Positions 1-10,559 of a DNA stretch of 64,000 bases are shown piece after piece. A program made the position numbers and the translations under genes. The notes under the pieces are model-generated. The model had not been told where the DNA came from, ran no database searches, and saw nothing but the letters and a program-made list of their open reading frames with translations. The DNA lies in NCBI GenBank assembly GCA_963736005.1, contig CAVTNB010000001.1, positions 352,001 to 416,000 of the forward strand, in the 5' to 3' direction. Origin of the DNA: an uncultured Pseudomonadota bacterium. Lineage in GTDB: Bacteria; Vulcanimicrobiota; Vulcanimicrobiia; Eremiobacterales; Eremiobacteraceae. The stretch's first letter is position 1; each line of letters begins with the position of its first letter.

Positions 1-324
1 GATAAGATCGTGAATGGTGTAGACATGAGCGAGACTGGATCGACGCGGCGCATAGATGCTCATAAAATGGACGAGGTTGGGCTTGGCGCGTGCCAAGAAA
101 CCAGCATAGAGCAATTGCTCGCCGAGGCCGCCATTGACAGCGCACGCCCTCGGAACCCAGTGAAACGTTGCGTTGTTCGGGAGCGGGAGTGGTTCGTTCC
201 CAAAAACCATGAACTCAAACTCCGGCGCTTGCCCCGGCAATCGTGCGGCGAGCTCCGTGACATAAGCTTTCATCCCAACCGACATTTGGCCAGTCAAGCG
301 AGCATCGAGCGCAATGATGGCCAT
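1..324 (-). CDS. Glycosyltransferase family 4 (GT-B), N-terminal part; runs off the window edge
   Basis: Manual translation from ATG at 324: MAIIALDARLTGQMSVGMKAYVTELAARL...LVHFMSIYAP...HVYTIHDLI. The N-terminal D-A-R...G...Y pattern and TIHDL motif are typical of GT4. Not in the ORF track. Confidence 0.75.
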   Translation of the reverse strand, partial: MAIIALDARLTGQMSVGMKAYVTELAARLPGQAPEFEFMVFGNEPLPLPNNATFHWVPRACAVNGGLGEQLLYAGFLARAKPNLVHFMSIYAPRRSSLAHVYTIHDLI

Positions 325-325
325 A

Positions 326-1123
326 CTAATGTAGCAGCGGACCTTCAGGTCCGCTTTTGGATTCATTCGCGCGCGTTCTTCGGCTTTTCGTGGCGACCAC
401 CGCTGGGTAGAGCGCGCTGCCTGCGCACACGTAGGCGCCACGCCAGCCTTCCAGGAGGCCTCCGCGTCCTATCATGAGCCAGCAAAAGCGCAAGGGGGCA
501 ACAAGCCAGGATCCTATTATTGTCAGCAGAGATGCACGGGGGCCCTGTGCTTCGAGATCCGTATAGCGCGCGAACTTGCGGCGATACTGGGTCACGCTTT
601 CGTACGAATGATGTTCGAGTGGCTGGGCAAGCTCGCCGCTCTCTCCACTGGCATGCCATGTCTCGTGAATCGCCGCTCCCTCGTTGGTGGCTCGCGCGCG
701 CACGTGAGCAGTACCGGTCCGGAAGAGGCGCACCAATCGGTCGGGCCACCAGCCGGCGCAGCGAATCGGGCGCCCGCAGAACCAATTGCGGCGAGACACG
801 CTATACGCGATCAGGTTGGAAGGTGGCTCGAGCGCGTCAAGTTCTTGCCACAGGGCAGTCGTCAGACGCTCGTCCGCGTCGAGCATGAAGGTCCAAGGCG
901 TCTTTACCAAACTTGCTGCCGCGGTCCTCGCCTGCACGTACCCAGCCCACGGTGCCTGGACGACCGTTGCACCAAGCTGGCGCGCACGAGGAGCAGTGTC
1001 GTCCGCGGACATCGCATCGTAGACGAGCGCAGGCGATTCGTCAGGCAGCGACTGCAGACACTCGACGATGTTTGCCGACTCGTCCTTTGTGAGAATGACG
1101 AACGTGATGTCGGCGTGCTTCAC
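326..1123 (-). CDS. Glycosyltransferase family 2 (WaaE/KdtX-like)
   Basis: ITFVILTKDE, YDAMSADDT, LDADE (DxD), RLFR and IHE motifs. Confidence 0.85.
   Translation of the reverse strand: MKHADITFVILTKDESANIVECLQSLPDESPALVYDAMSADDTAPRARQLGATVVQAPWAGYVQARTAAASLVKTPWTFMLDADERLTTALWQELDALEPPSNLIAYSVSRRNWFCGRPIRCAGWWPDRLVRLFRTGTAHVRARATNEGAAIHETWHASGESGELAQPLEHHSYESVTQYRRKFARYTDLEAQGPRASLLTIIGSWLVAPLRFCWLMIGRGGLLEGWRGAYVCAGSALYPAVVATKSRRTRANESKSGPEGPLLH
331..355 (+). repeat. REP-like palindrome, family B, copy 1
   Basis: GTAGCAGCGGACCTTCAGGTCCGCT: GTAG followed by the stem AGCGGACCT/AGGTCCGCT. Related copies at 2799, 2868 and 52453. Confidence 0.7.
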
Positions 1124-1141
1124 GCCGAACCTCGCGCCCGC

Positions 1142-2782
1142 TTACGCGCTGCGTTCGCGAGTGAGTTCGCGCCCAGCATCGCGAGCTCGCGCAGCCGCCA
1201 GGCAGGCTTCGATGAACCCCGCATAGAGGGGTGACGGGCGGGTTGGACGCGACTTAAACTCCGGATGCGCCTGGGTCCCGATGAACCACGGGTGCGAGGG
1301 CAATTCGATGATTTCGACGAGGTCCGCCGCCCGATAGTGCCCAGAAAAAACCATCCCTTTGCGCTCGAAGATCTCTTTGTATGCGTTGTTAAACTCGAAG
1401 CGATGCCGGTGGCGCTCGGAAATCTCCAGCTGTCCGTACGCTTTTTGGGCGAGCGAACCTGGTACGAGCGAACACGGATACGCCCCCAGGCGCATGGTGC
1501 CGCCCATGACCTGCAAGTTGCGCTGATTCTCCATGAAGTCGATGACTGGGTGCGGTGTCTCCGGCTCGACCTCTCGCGTGTGTGCATTTTCCAGTCCACA
1601 GACGTTTCGCGCAAACTCGACGCACGCAAGCTGCATGCCATAGCAAATCCCAAGAAATGGCAAGTTATTCTCCCGAGCGTGCTTGATCGCGAGCAGCTTC
1701 CCCTTGATGCCGCGTGCACCGAAGCCTGGCGCGACAAGGACGCCGCTCACATCGGCGAGTGCTTCGATTCCCCGCTCTTCGAGCACTTCTGAATCGATAC
1801 GCACGACTTCGACGGCCGCATTTTGCGACACGCCGGCGTGGTAGAGTGCCTCGTTGATCGAAATATATGCGTCCTTGAGCTCCACGTATTTGCCAACCAG
1901 CGCTACTCGCACGCTCTCCTTCGGACGCACGATTCGTCGAACCATCGCCCGCCATTCTTCTAAATCCAGCGTACGATCCCCAAAATTGAACTTCTGGCAG
2001 ACCGCCTCGGCCAGGCCCTCCGCTTCGAGGTTGAGCGGAACCTGGTAAATACTTTGGGCATCGCGGCTCTGGACGACTGCCGAGCGTTTGACATCGCAGA
2101 ATAGCGCGATCTTTTCCTTGATGTCTTGTGTGATGGGGTACTCCGCGCGGCAGATGATCGCGTCGGGCGATATGCCGATGGCGCGAAGCTCGCGAACCGA
2201 GTGTTGGGTGGGTTTGGTCTTCAGTTCGTCGGGCGCACCCAAATGTGGCACAAGCGTCAGATGGATGTACATGACGTGGTCGTCGCCCACGTCGTGTTTA
2301 AACTGACGGATTGCTTCAAGAAAAGGCAGGGACTCGATGTCGCCAACCGTGCCTCCGACCTCGATAATGCACACGTCCGCGGAACTTTGCAAGGCTACTT
2401 GTTTGATTCGATCTTTGATTTCGTTGGTGATGTGAGGAATGACCTGGACGGTTGCGCCCAAATACGCGCCGCGACGCTCCTGCTCGATGACCGAGCCGTA
2501 AATCTGCCCCGTTGTTACGTTGTGGAGCTTGGTGAGATTCTCATCGATGAAGCGCTCGTAGTGTCCGAGATCGAGGTCGGTTTCGGCACCGTCTTCCGTC
2601 ACGAACACCTCACCATGTTGGTACGGATTCATGGTGCCGGCATCAGTATTAATGTAGGGATCCAGTTTTTGGATGCTGACCGAAACACCGCGGCTCTTCA
2701 GCAAACGCCCGAGCGATGCGGCTGCGATACCCTTCCCAAGCGACGAGACCACGCCGCCCGTGAAAAAGATAAAACGGGTCAC
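1142..2782 (-). CDS. pyrG: CTP synthase
   Basis: [30 protein letters not shown] and QAHPEF motifs; 546 aa. Confidence 0.99.
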   Translation of the reverse strand: MTRFIFFTGGVVSSLGKGIAAASLGRLLKSRGVSVSIQKLDPYINTDAGTMNPYQHGEVFVTEDGAETDLDLGHYERFIDENLTKLHNVTTGQIYGSVIEQERRGAYLGATVQVIPHITNEIKDRIKQVALQSSADVCIIEVGGTVGDIESLPFLEAIRQFKHDVGDDHVMYIHLTLVPHLGAPDELKTKPTQHSVRELRAIGISPDAIICRAEYPITQDIKEKIALFCDVKRSAVVQSRDAQSIYQVPLNLEAEGLAEAVCQKFNFGDRTLDLEEWRAMVRRIVRPKESVRVALVGKYVELKDAYISINEALYHAGVSQNAAVEVVRIDSEVLEERGIEALADVSGVLVAPGFGARGIKGKLLAIKHARENNLPFLGICYGMQLACVEFARNVCGLENAHTREVEPETPHPVIDFMENQRNLQVMGGTMRLGAYPCSLVPGSLAQKAYGQLEISERHRHRFEFNNAYKEIFERKGMVFSGHYRAADLVEIIELPSHPWFIGTQAHPEFKSRPTRPSPLYAGFIEACLAAARARDAGRELTRERSA

Positions 2783-2798
2783 AAGTTCACGTGCTTGT

Positions 2799-2823
2799 GT
2801 AGCAGCGGACCTTTAGGTCCGCT
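2799..2823 (+). repeat. REP-like palindrome, family B, copy 2
   Basis: GTAGCAGCGGACCTTTAGGTCCGCT; one mismatch (in the loop) to copy 1. Confidence 0.75.
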
Positions 2824-2867
2824 CCCTCAAAAAAGACAAGATTCATGTACTTCAAGGTTCGCTGCGA

Positions 2868-2890
2868 GGAGCACCGGACCTTCAGGTCCC
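2868..2890 (+). repeat. REP-like palindrome, family B, degenerate copy 3
   Basis: GGAGCACCGGACCTTCAGGTCCC; shares the GGACCTTCAGGTCC core. Confidence 0.55.
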
Positions 2891-2904
2891 GCCCCCGTCA
2901 TGCG

Positions 2905-3777
2905 TTAGCCTAGCCAGTTTTGTGCGTGGAAAAAGGACATCGCGTGTGCTTCGGGACTTGCCGCTTCTGGCTGGTAGTCATAGCACCACCGGGCGAGCGG
3001 CGGCAGCGACATTAAGATGGATTCGGTCCGTCCACCAGTCGCCAAGCCAAAGCTCGTGCCTCGATCGTACAAGAGATTGAATTCCACATACCGTCCCCGT
3101 CGCAAGAGTTGGAACTGACGCTCCCGTTCGCCGTATGGCTCGTCGCGGCGCCGCTGCACGATGGGAACATACGGGAGCAGAACGTTCTTGGCGCAATCGG
3201 CGACGAAACGGAAGATCGCCTCTAGGTCACCCCGCAGATCGTCAAAAAAGATCCCGCCGACACCGCGCGTTTCGCCGCGGTGCCGAATGTAGAAATATTC
3301 GTCGCACCAGCGCTTGAAGTGGCTGTAGTAGGTTGGCTCGTGGCGATCGCAGATCTCTTTCCAGCCTTTGTGGAAAATGACAACGTCCTCTCGATATGGG
3401 TAAGAGGGCGTCAAATCGCTCCCACCCCCAAACCAGCCATCGTCGCCCCTCGTGAGATACCGAAAATTGGCGTGCATGGTGGGCACCATGGGGCTTTTCG
3501 GATGTAGCACCATGGAAATGCCGGTCGCAAAAAACCTTCGATCGCGCGAATCATCATCCAACTCGCCCCACACCGTTGACGTGTTGACACCGGCGCGCTC
3601 GAAGAGGCCGCCATTGCTGAGTATTGAGGTAAGTCCGCCGCCCCCGCCGGCCCGTTCCCACCTATCCTTTTGGAACGCCTGGCCATCAAGGCTTTCCAAC
3701 GTCTCGCAGATTGACGCTTGCTGCTCTTCGACGAGTGCCTGCATCCGACGACCGAGCTCTCCGCCGGGGCCGCTCAT
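2905..3777 (-). CDS. hemF: Oxygen-dependent coproporphyrinogen III oxidase
   Basis: HANFRY, WFGGGSDLTP, RGVGGIFFD, RRGRYVEFNLLYDRGT and ESILMSLPP motifs. Confidence 0.97.
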   Translation of the reverse strand: MSGPGGELGRRMQALVEEQQASICETLESLDGQAFQKDRWERAGGGGGLTSILSNGGLFERAGVNTSTVWGELDDDSRDRRFFATGISMVLHPKSPMVPTMHANFRYLTRGDDGWFGGGSDLTPSYPYREDVVIFHKGWKEICDRHEPTYYSHFKRWCDEYFYIRHRGETRGVGGIFFDDLRGDLEAIFRFVADCAKNVLLPYVPIVQRRRDEPYGERERQFQLLRRGRYVEFNLLYDRGTSFGLATGGRTESILMSLPPLARWCYDYQPEAASPEAHAMSFFHAQNWLG

Positions 3778-4652
3778 CCAGTGAAACCCGGCTGTCTGAC
3801 GGTGACCATCCGTTCCAATCCAGCCGCGTCTGCTCGCACCTCGACACTTGCCCCGGGAAACGCGGCCTCAGCCAAAGAGACCAGCAGCGTAGCATTGTGA
3901 GGACCGCATTCCAGATAGGCCGCGCCGGTCGGTTCGAGCACGCTTGGAGCTTGTTGCAGCAACGGTCGATAAACGGCAAGGCCATCGCGGCCTCCCATAA
4001 GGGCTAACGCTGGTTCGTACGCGCGCACGCCTGCATCGAGCGCGTCGATAAAATCTTCCGCGACATACGGCAAGTTCGCCACGATCGCATCGAAGCGAAT
4101 GTCCGCGGGAAACCCCGCGAACAAATCGCTATGGATGAGCTCGACCTGTTCGGCGAATCCAAGCATGGAAACATTGTGCGATGCAAGCTCGAGCGCTTCT
4201 CTACTGACGTCGCTTGCGTTGATCTTCGCGTCAGGCAGGAGATGGGCCAGGGCGCAGGCGATTGCACCGCTGCCCGTACCCATATCAACGATCCTTGCAC
4301 CGGGTCGTTTGCGAAAATCGCGAACACAGGCCAGCACAAGCTCCTCAGTCTCCGGACGGGGTACAAGCGCGCGACGGTCGACGGCGATTTCCAAGCCACA
4401 AAACGCCTTGCGGCCAACGATATAGGCGACCGGCTCGCCGTTTGCGCGCCGTTCTGTCAACTCCAGCAGTCGTGTCTTGCGTCGGCGGTCGAGCGTTGCG
4501 TCCCCGTACGCGATGACAGCCGAAGCATCAAGCCCCGTGATGAACTGCGCCAGTAGGCGAGCATCGAGCCACGGCGTCGGTGAAACCCCGCGCAAACGGA
4601 CGCGGCAGACGTCAATGGCTTCGGCAATCGTTTTTGGATTAGGCGACGGCAT
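3774..4652 (-). CDS. prmC: Release factor glutamine methyltransferase
   Basis: [31 protein letters not shown] and EPALAL.GG.DGL motifs; directly downstream of prfA. Confidence 0.96.
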   Translation of the reverse strand: MPSPNPKTIAEAIDVCRVRLRGVSPTPWLDARLLAQFITGLDASAVIAYGDATLDRRRKTRLLELTERRANGEPVAYIVGRKAFCGLEIAVDRRALVPRPETEELVLACVRDFRKRPGARIVDMGTGSGAIACALAHLLPDAKINASDVSREALELASHNVSMLGFAEQVELIHSDLFAGFPADIRFDAIVANLPYVAEDFIDALDAGVRAYEPALALMGGRDGLAVYRPLLQQAPSVLEPTGAAYLECGPHNATLLVSLAEAAFPGASVEVRADAAGLERMVTVRQPGFTG

Positions 4653-5730
4653 CGCCGGTTAGTCGCTTGCGCTCCTCATCCGCCAGGAGCGCGTCCACAA
4701 CCCCGTCCAAATTTCCGTCCAAAATACCCTTGAGATTTCCCGTACTGAATCCGATGCGATGATCCGTTAGTCGATCCTGTGGGAAGTTGTACGTGCGAAT
4801 CTTCTCACTGCGGTCACCGGTACCAACTTGCGCTCGCCGCGCTGATGCGGCTGCTTCTTCTTGCTCGTGCAGTTTTGCTTCGTAGAGGTGAGCCCGCAAC
4901 AGTTGCATGGCGCGCTCGCGATTTTGAAGTTGCGACCGCTCTTCTTGGCAGGCCACGACGATGCCGGTTGGCTTGTGCGTGATCCTCACCGCTGATTCGG
5001 TCTTGTTGACGTGCTGGCCACCGGCCCCTTGCGCGCGATACGTGTCGATCTCTAAGTCCGTCGGGTTGACTTCAATTTCGACCGCGTCAACTTCCGGCAT
5101 GACCGCCACGGTCGCCGTCGAGGTGTGGATTCTACCGCTCGCTTCCGTCTCCGGCACCCGCTGGACACGGTGCACGCCGCTCTCATGCTTGAAGAGACGA
5201 TATGCGCCCTTGCCTTTTACTGCGATCACGACTTCCTTGAAACCGCCCGCTTGCGACTCGGACGCACTAATGATCTCTGTCTTGAGCCTGTGACCTTCGG
5301 CAAATTTCACGTACATGCGCATGAGGTCGCCAGCAAACAGGCTCGCTTCATCGCCACCCGTTCCTGCCCTGATCTCAAGGAACAAATCCTTCTCGTCGTT
5401 GGGGTCCTTTGGAACCAAGAGGGCGCGCAGGCGATCCCTCTGCGCGGCGCTCTCCGCGCGCAAGCGCTGCACCTCGCCACGGGCAAGCTCGGCAAGCTCT
5501 GCATCGCTCTCGCGCAACAACGATTCGGCCGAAGCGAGCTCCTGCTCGAGTTGCTGCTGTCGTCGATGTGCGCTAACGATAGGCTCTAAGCCGGCGCGTT
5601 CCTTGGCGAGTTCTCTTGAAACCTTGGGGTCGTAAGCTGCGCCCATGGCCGCTAGCTTTGCCTCAATGTCGGCGAAGCGCGCTTCGACACTGCTGAGCCG
5701 AGCGTCGATCGTTGCGTCGTGATCTGCCAT
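4639..5730 (-). CDS. prfA: Peptide chain release factor 1
   Basis: GGQ motif, PET tripeptide (RVPETE), [11 protein letters not shown] and RTYNFPQ. Confidence 0.98.
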   Translation of the reverse strand: MADHDATIDARLSSVEARFADIEAKLAAMGAAYDPKVSRELAKERAGLEPIVSAHRRQQQLEQELASAESLLRESDAELAELARGEVQRLRAESAAQRDRLRALLVPKDPNDEKDLFLEIRAGTGGDEASLFAGDLMRMYVKFAEGHRLKTEIISASESQAGGFKEVVIAVKGKGAYRLFKHESGVHRVQRVPETEASGRIHTSTATVAVMPEVDAVEIEVNPTDLEIDTYRAQGAGGQHVNKTESAVRITHKPTGIVVACQEERSQLQNRERAMQLLRAHLYEAKLHEQEEAAASARRAQVGTGDRSEKIRTYNFPQDRLTDHRIGFSTGNLKGILDGNLDGVVDALLADEERKRLTGDAVA

Positions 5731-5740
5731 ATGTGTGAAC

Positions 5741-5765
5741 GTCGTTGCGCGAATTTATTCGCGCG
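5741..5765 (+). repeat. REP-like palindrome, family A, copy 1
   Basis: GTCGTTGCGCGAATTTATTCGCGCG; two mismatches to the copy at 6736. Confidence 0.7.
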
Positions 5766-5770
5766 TCAAC

Positions 5771-6247
5771 TTAAGGCGCAGGCGTTTCCGCAGGAGTCTC
5801 TGCGGGGGCGTCGGCCGTCGCAGCCTTCGGTTTGCGAGTACGAGGTTTTGCGGCGCGTTTGCGCTTTGGCGCAGCTCCTACAGTCTCGGCGGCCTTTACC
5901 TCGGTAGCGGTCTCGGCCGCCTGAGCGCTCTCGGCGGCAGCGGCTTGCGCCTTAGCGGCCTCCGCCTTGGCAGCTTCAGCTTTAGCTGCTTGCGCTTGGG
6001 CTTTTTCGCGCTCGGCTTTGGCCTGATCTTTTTTGGATTTCTTGCTTGTGACCGTACCGTACTTGGTCATAAACTTCTCGACGCGGCCTTCGGTGTCGAC
6101 GAACTTCTGATTGCCCGTAAAAAACGGATGGCAAGCAGAGCAAATCTCGACGTGTAGTTTTTCACGCGTCGAACCGGTCGTAAACGTGTTACCGCACGAA
6201 CAGACCACGGTGGCTTCAAACCACTTGGGGTGGATCTTCTCTTTCAA
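5771..6247 (-). CDS. rpmE: 50S ribosomal protein L31 (Zn-binding type) with long Ala/Lys-rich C-terminal extension
   Basis: KEKIHPKW...CSCG...[25 protein letters not shown]. Start placed at TTG 6247 behind AGAGG. Confidence 0.95.
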   Translation of the reverse strand: MKEKIHPKWFEATVVCSCGNTFTTGSTREKLHVEICSACHPFFTGNQKFVDTEGRVEKFMTKYGTVTSKKSKKDQAKAEREKAQAQAAKAEAAKAEAAKAQAAAAESAQAAETATEVKAAETVGAAPKRKRAAKPRTRKPKAATADAPAETPAETPAP

Positions 6248-6329
6248 TGGAAATGCCTCTCGATGGACGCTGCCCGGCCGGTGCTTTGGCGACAAGGTGT
6301 CCCGCAGCCAGCCACGTGCGTCAAACGAC

Positions 6330-6338
6330 AGTATATCA
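6330..6338 (-). promoter_or_regulatory. Extended -10 promoter of the rpmE operon
   Basis: TGaTATACT on the minus strand, about 80 nt upstream of rpmE. Confidence 0.5.
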
Positions 6339-6408
6339 CACGGTCCTCATTGGGTCTAGACGCCTGCGGAACGGGTGGGAAACAAATGGCGCATCAAAGG
6401 AGACGAGC

Positions 6409-6705
6409 ATGTCGTTCATACCGCTAGCCTTGGGGACGGTCTTTCAAATGGTCTCGCAAAGCGGCATCGACGCCGCGCAGCAGGCCATGCTGACGATGGA
6501 CGAGACTGACCAGCTCATGCTGCAAGCTCAGGAGCTGCGGCATCAGGAAGTCATGGACGAGCGCAGCGAAAAATTCAACGAAGCTGTCCAAGAGCGCTCG
6601 GAGCGGATGCGCGAACGCGAGCTGCTCATGGACCTCGACATGTCAGACCGCAAGGTTGACGACAAGATAACCAAGGAGTGGATCGGCCTCATCCGCGGCC
6701 AATAA
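6409..6705 (+). CDS. Hypothetical 98-aa helical protein
   Basis: AAGGAG ribosome-binding site before ATG 6409; charged, helix-like, Met-rich sequence; followed by a REP and a terminator. Confidence 0.65.
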   Translation: MSFIPLALGTVFQMVSQSGIDAAQQAMLTMDETDQLMLQAQELRHQEVMDERSEKFNEAVQERSERMRERELLMDLDMSDRKVDDKITKEWIGLIRGQ

Positions 6706-6735
6706 TCTCATCCCGCGAATGTGTTCGCGCAAAAT

Positions 6736-6760
6736 GTAGTCGCGCGAATTTATTCGCGCG
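6736..6760 (+). repeat. REP-like palindrome, family A, copy 2
   Basis: GTAGTCGCGCGAATTTATTCGCGCG: GTAG plus perfect stem CGCGCGAAT/ATTCGCGCG. A related palindrome CGCGAA-TGTG-TTCGCG lies at 6714-6729. Confidence 0.75.
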
Positions 6761-6768
6761 GGCAGAAT

Positions 6769-6797
6769 AAGAGCGGCCGGGTTCACCGGCCGCTCTT
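6769..6797. terminator. Probable bidirectional intrinsic terminator
   Basis: Perfect 12-bp stem AAGAGCGGCCGG-GTTCA-CCGGCCGCTCTT between convergent genes. Confidence 0.7.
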
Positions 6798-6816
6798 TGT
6801 GTCGAGCTTCGTTTGT

Positions 6817-9378
6817 TTACCGCAGCGAGCCCCAGCGGTGATCGTAGGAAATGGTCAGTTGATGTGGAGGCGCGGGATACGCACTCGTGCAGTACAGATA
6901 CGGCGCGCTTGGGAAGCGACAGCCTAGCGTGTACCCAGGCGCGCCGATGAGCGGAATCCCCTGGTCGAATGCGCTCCAAAGCCCCGCATTTGTATTGAAG
7001 ATGTTCGTCCACGCTACGTGGATGCGATCAGCGCCAACCGGCACGTCAGCTCCGGCATTGTAGAGCCAAAACGGATTGACGTTGTACGCGTTGTTGTGAC
7101 CAAAATAGTTGGCGCCAAAGAAGACCGACGTGACTTGCGACAGGGTGTGGTAATTGACTGACCACCCGTACTTTTGTATGGGAACCCCGAGGAATTGCTG
7201 GTTGTTCACCACATCGCCGAGTTGAGCGGCCGTTCCCGGATCAATGCCCGTCGGATAGGCCGACTGCGTATTGTACTCGAGGTGCGCACTGAAGTTGCCG
7301 TTAAATGGAGCAGTCCCCTCGAACTCAATTCCCTGATAGACGGCGTGCGCGATGTTAAATGGTTGGGCCACGAACAAAACCGGACATGGAACCGGCGTCA
7401 TCCCACTCATGCAATTGTTACCGGCAAAGAACAACCCTGGCGGTGCTGGGAAGATGCCATCGAAGATGTGATTTGTGAGATTCGTCCGGTACAGATCGAT
7501 GCTGATGTTGCCATCGTATCGGAAGAGTCGTTGGTATCCGATATCACCGCCAACAGCGGTCTCTGCCTTTACACTTGGATTTCCGGTGTCGGCAACACAG
7601 TTAAAGTTTGAGCCGGGGCAGCTTGACCCCGGATTCCCGCGACTAAGGTTGAGCGTACTAAATAAGTCGGACAACCGAGGCGCAGCAAAACCCGTTCCGA
7701 ACGAAGCGCGAAAGACACTGTTGGTGTCCGGTTTGTAGACGACTGCGAGCCGCGGATCGAAGCGTTTCACCTGCAGCGTATCGTAGTCGCTGTAGTATCC
7801 CGCAAAAGTCAGGTCGAGCCTTGGATCGACCGTATAGTCGTCGCGAACCAGATACGTCCTCTCGATTTGCTTGCCGGTTGCTGATGGAACAAGCTGCTCG
7901 AAGGTGGCACTGGAAAATCCAGGCAGTCCACCGAAATAGAAGTCGTCACTGTTTCCGCCCGCGGCGAGCGTTAGGGCGTTGTTGCCCATCGATTTCGTCC
8001 AAGACGCCAAGACCCCGCCGAGCCGGTCAAGAGAGCGCGACTCAAAGCAGCACGTTGCAGGGGCTTCATTCAGACCATCAACTACCCGCTCCAGATACTG
8101 CTTGTAGTAGCGCAGCGTGAGGGTCCCTCCTCCGAGAGAGGTTCCGAAATCGACCCAATACTTGGGTTGGATATTCCAAACGAAGTCGCCAGGGAACCCA
8201 TAGAACGAGGGTAAGCCGGTCTTCGGATCGATGATCGGTGTGCCACTCGACGTCAGATTGGGGTTTGCGACCAGACCAAGCTGATCACGATAATCACTTT
8301 CATCCGAGGCTCCCACAACCAAGTAGCTCGCGGACGAAAGATCGTAGCGCAACTTTGCGAGCCCAGATTTGAGGTTCAATGTCTGCGTCGGGTGAGCAAT
8401 GACGTTTGCCCCAAAGAACGGCTGATAAACCGCTGTGTAAGGATACGGAACGAAACCATCTGTTCCGTATCGATGAAGATCAACTAGGTACCCAAAGCGG
8501 CCGAATGTGTTTGTTTCTAAGACGTTGTAATCCGTGGTCCCATAACCACCGGCTGTCACGATCGCCTCGCCGCCCTCGGTTTTCGCTGGATCCCGGGTGA
8601 CGAAATTCACCGTACCGCCGATTGTGTTCGCGCCAAAGAGTGAGGTGCCACCAACGCCTTTGATCACCTCGACGCGTGAATAGATGGCTGGGGTCAGGGC
8701 TGATGCATCGAAGTCTCCGTACTGGCCGTTGCGCATCGGCTCGCCATCCTGCAGCACGAGTATCTCATATCCCGTATTCGAGGCCCCATCGAATCCGCCG
8801 CCAAAACCACCTGCGCCACGAATGGTAAGAGTTGTAACGGTCCCGGGAGCGCCACCATCGTAGCGCTCAAGGGTGACCCCTGGCAGGGTCTCGAGTGCTG
8901 TTTGAGCTTGCGTTGCGCCCAAATCGATGAACTGATTGCTTGAGATCGTTGTGCTCGCGGCCGACGACGTGTTGAGCACCGGATGGCCAGTCACTGTGAC
9001 GTGTCCCAGGCTAGTGATGTTCGTCGTCGTTACCGGTTGCAGCGCCACTTGCAAGGAGATCGTTTGCCCATCGGCCAGCGGCAGAGGCGCGGACTCCGTT
9101 GTTTGGAAGAGTTTCGCCGTGACTCTGAGATAAAACGTTCCGGCGGCAAGGCCGGTAAAACTAAACGAGCCGTCCTTAGCCGTCGCGGTCGTAAATGTTT
9201 CTGCGGTGCCGACCAGGTCGACTTTCGCTCCTTGAACCGGAGAGCCGTTGTTCCCCGACACGACCGTTCCCGTGATCGAGCCAGTGCCAGCTGCCCATGC
9301 GCTCGATGGAGTCGAGTTGAGTGCGCCCACCAAGAAGGCGAGGAACGTAAGGAAACAGACAAGACGACGCAGATGCAT
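6817..9378 (-). CDS. TonB-dependent receptor with N-terminal carboxypeptidase-regulatory-like domain (TBDR1)
   Basis: Signal peptide, GSITGTV...GAKV N-domain, plug motifs (LPGV, IRG, RVEVIKG...FGANTIGGTVNF), DPRLAVVYKP. AAGGAGAGG precedes ATG 9378. Confidence 0.9.
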   Translation of the reverse strand: MHLRRLVCFLTFLAFLVGALNSTPSSAWAAGTGSITGTVVSGNNGSPVQGAKVDLVGTAETFTTATAKDGSFSFTGLAAGTFYLRVTAKLFQTTESAPLPLADGQTISLQVALQPVTTTNITSLGHVTVTGHPVLNTSSAASTTISSNQFIDLGATQAQTALETLPGVTLERYDGGAPGTVTTLTIRGAGGFGGGFDGASNTGYEILVLQDGEPMRNGQYGDFDASALTPAIYSRVEVIKGVGGTSLFGANTIGGTVNFVTRDPAKTEGGEAIVTAGGYGTTDYNVLETNTFGRFGYLVDLHRYGTDGFVPYPYTAVYQPFFGANVIAHPTQTLNLKSGLAKLRYDLSSASYLVVGASDESDYRDQLGLVANPNLTSSGTPIIDPKTGLPSFYGFPGDFVWNIQPKYWVDFGTSLGGGTLTLRYYKQYLERVVDGLNEAPATCCFESRSLDRLGGVLASWTKSMGNNALTLAAGGNSDDFYFGGLPGFSSATFEQLVPSATGKQIERTYLVRDDYTVDPRLDLTFAGYYSDYDTLQVKRFDPRLAVVYKPDTNSVFRASFGTGFAAPRLSDLFSTLNLSRGNPGSSCPGSNFNCVADTGNPSVKAETAVGGDIGYQRLFRYDGNISIDLYRTNLTNHIFDGIFPAPPGLFFAGNNCMSGMTPVPCPVLFVAQPFNIAHAVYQGIEFEGTAPFNGNFSAHLEYNTQSAYPTGIDPGTAAQLGDVVNNQQFLGVPIQKYGWSVNYHTLSQVTSVFFGANYFGHNNAYNVNPFWLYNAGADVPVGADRIHVAWTNIFNTNAGLWSAFDQGIPLIGAPGYTLGCRFPSAPYLYCTSAYPAPPHQLTISYDHRWGSLR

Positions 9379-9512
9379 ATGCCTCTCCTTAAAATCTAGC
9401 GATTCCATTAGGCTCGGCGTTCTCATCCACATTCGCGCGTCCCTGTCGCTAGGTGCGCGGGAAGGTCAGTTCCTGAAAAGCGACAAAGCGGCGCTCGTTG
9501 AGGAGCGAAGCT

Positions 9513-10559
9513 GTGCATAAAACACTCGTTTGTATGTTCGTTGCGGTGGCGCTTGTGCTCGCGTCGTGTTCGAATAAGGGCGCAGGCACCTCAGGATCGG
9601 TTGCCGCCGGGAAACTATCTTTAGGAATGGTTACCGACGTCGGAGGCCTCGGGGACAAATCATTCAACGACTCTGCCTACCGCGGGCTGCAGCGCGCCCA
9701 AGCCCAGCTTGGGGTAACCGCATCTGTGCTGCAGTCGAGGTCCGTTTCCGATTACGAACCTAACCTCTCCACCCTGGCGCAGCATGGCGATGCGTTAATC
9801 TTTGCGATCGGCTTCCTCATGCACGACTCGCTCAACGATGTTGCGCCTAGATTCCCCAAAACCCATTTCGCCATCATTGACTCGGTGGTTGACCAGCCCA
9901 ACGTCACTTCTGTAACCTTCCGCGAAGAGGAAAGCTCGTTCTTAGCCGGCGTGCTTGCAGGCCTCGTGACCAAGACAAACACGGTCGGATTCCTCGGAGG
10001 CATCCAATCCCCGCTCATCGAGAAGTTCGAAGCCGGTTTTGTCGCGGGGGTGAAATCGTCAAACCCCAAAGCGCAAGTCCTCATTAAGTACACAGGTTCC
10101 TTTGACGACGTTGCTGCGGGCAAGGAATACGCCGCGGTGCTCTACGATCAAGGGGCAGACATCATCTATGCTGCCGCTGGTAAGTGCGGGCTCGGCGCTA
10201 TCGATGAAGTCAAGAGCCGACCCAAAGGCTTCTATATCATTGGCGTCGACTCCGATCAAGATGCGCTCGCTCCCGGGAAAGTCCTCACGAGCGCACTCAA
10301 GCATGTGGATAACGCGGTGTATGCTTTGGCCTTGGCTGCGTCCCAACAAAAGATTCCCAGCGGCCACGTTGTGCTCGGCCTGAAAGAAGGCGGCGTCGGT
10401 CTCACCACGATGCAGTACACCAAATCGTCCTTACCGCCGGGCGCTTTGTCAGTGCTTGCCGGTTATCAGCGCGCAATCATCTCGGGCAAGCTTGCAGTGC
10501 CTTCGACCGCAAGCGAACTTGCTGCGTTTCGTCCGGTTCCTCTTAGCGCGTCGCGATGA
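9513..10559 (+). CDS. BMP-family (PnrA/TmpC-like) nucleoside ABC transporter substrate-binding lipoprotein
   Basis: Lipobox LASC, GGLGDKSFN and IGVDSDQ motifs; AGGAG before GTG 9513. Confidence 0.92.
   Translation: MHKTLVCMFVAVALVLASCSNKGAGTSGSVAAGKLSLGMVTDVGGLGDKSFNDSAYRGLQRAQAQLGVTASVLQSRSVSDYEPNLSTLAQHGDALIFAIGFLMHDSLNDVAPRFPKTHFAIIDSVVDQPNVTSVTFREEESSFLAGVLAGLVTKTNTVGFLGGIQSPLIEKFEAGFVAGVKSSNPKAQVLIKYTGSFDDVAAGKEYAAVLYDQGADIIYAAAGKCGLGAIDEVKSRPKGFYIIGVDSDQDALAPGKVLTSALKHVDNAVYALALAASQQKIPSGHVVLGLKEGGVGLTTMQYTKSSLPPGALSVLAGYQRAIISGKLAVPSTASELAAFRPVPLSASR

Noticed and set aside
359..375. GGATTCATTCGCGCGCG as another REP-A copy
   Set aside because: Only the right arm resembles the family, it has no GTAG of its own and it lies in coding sequence.
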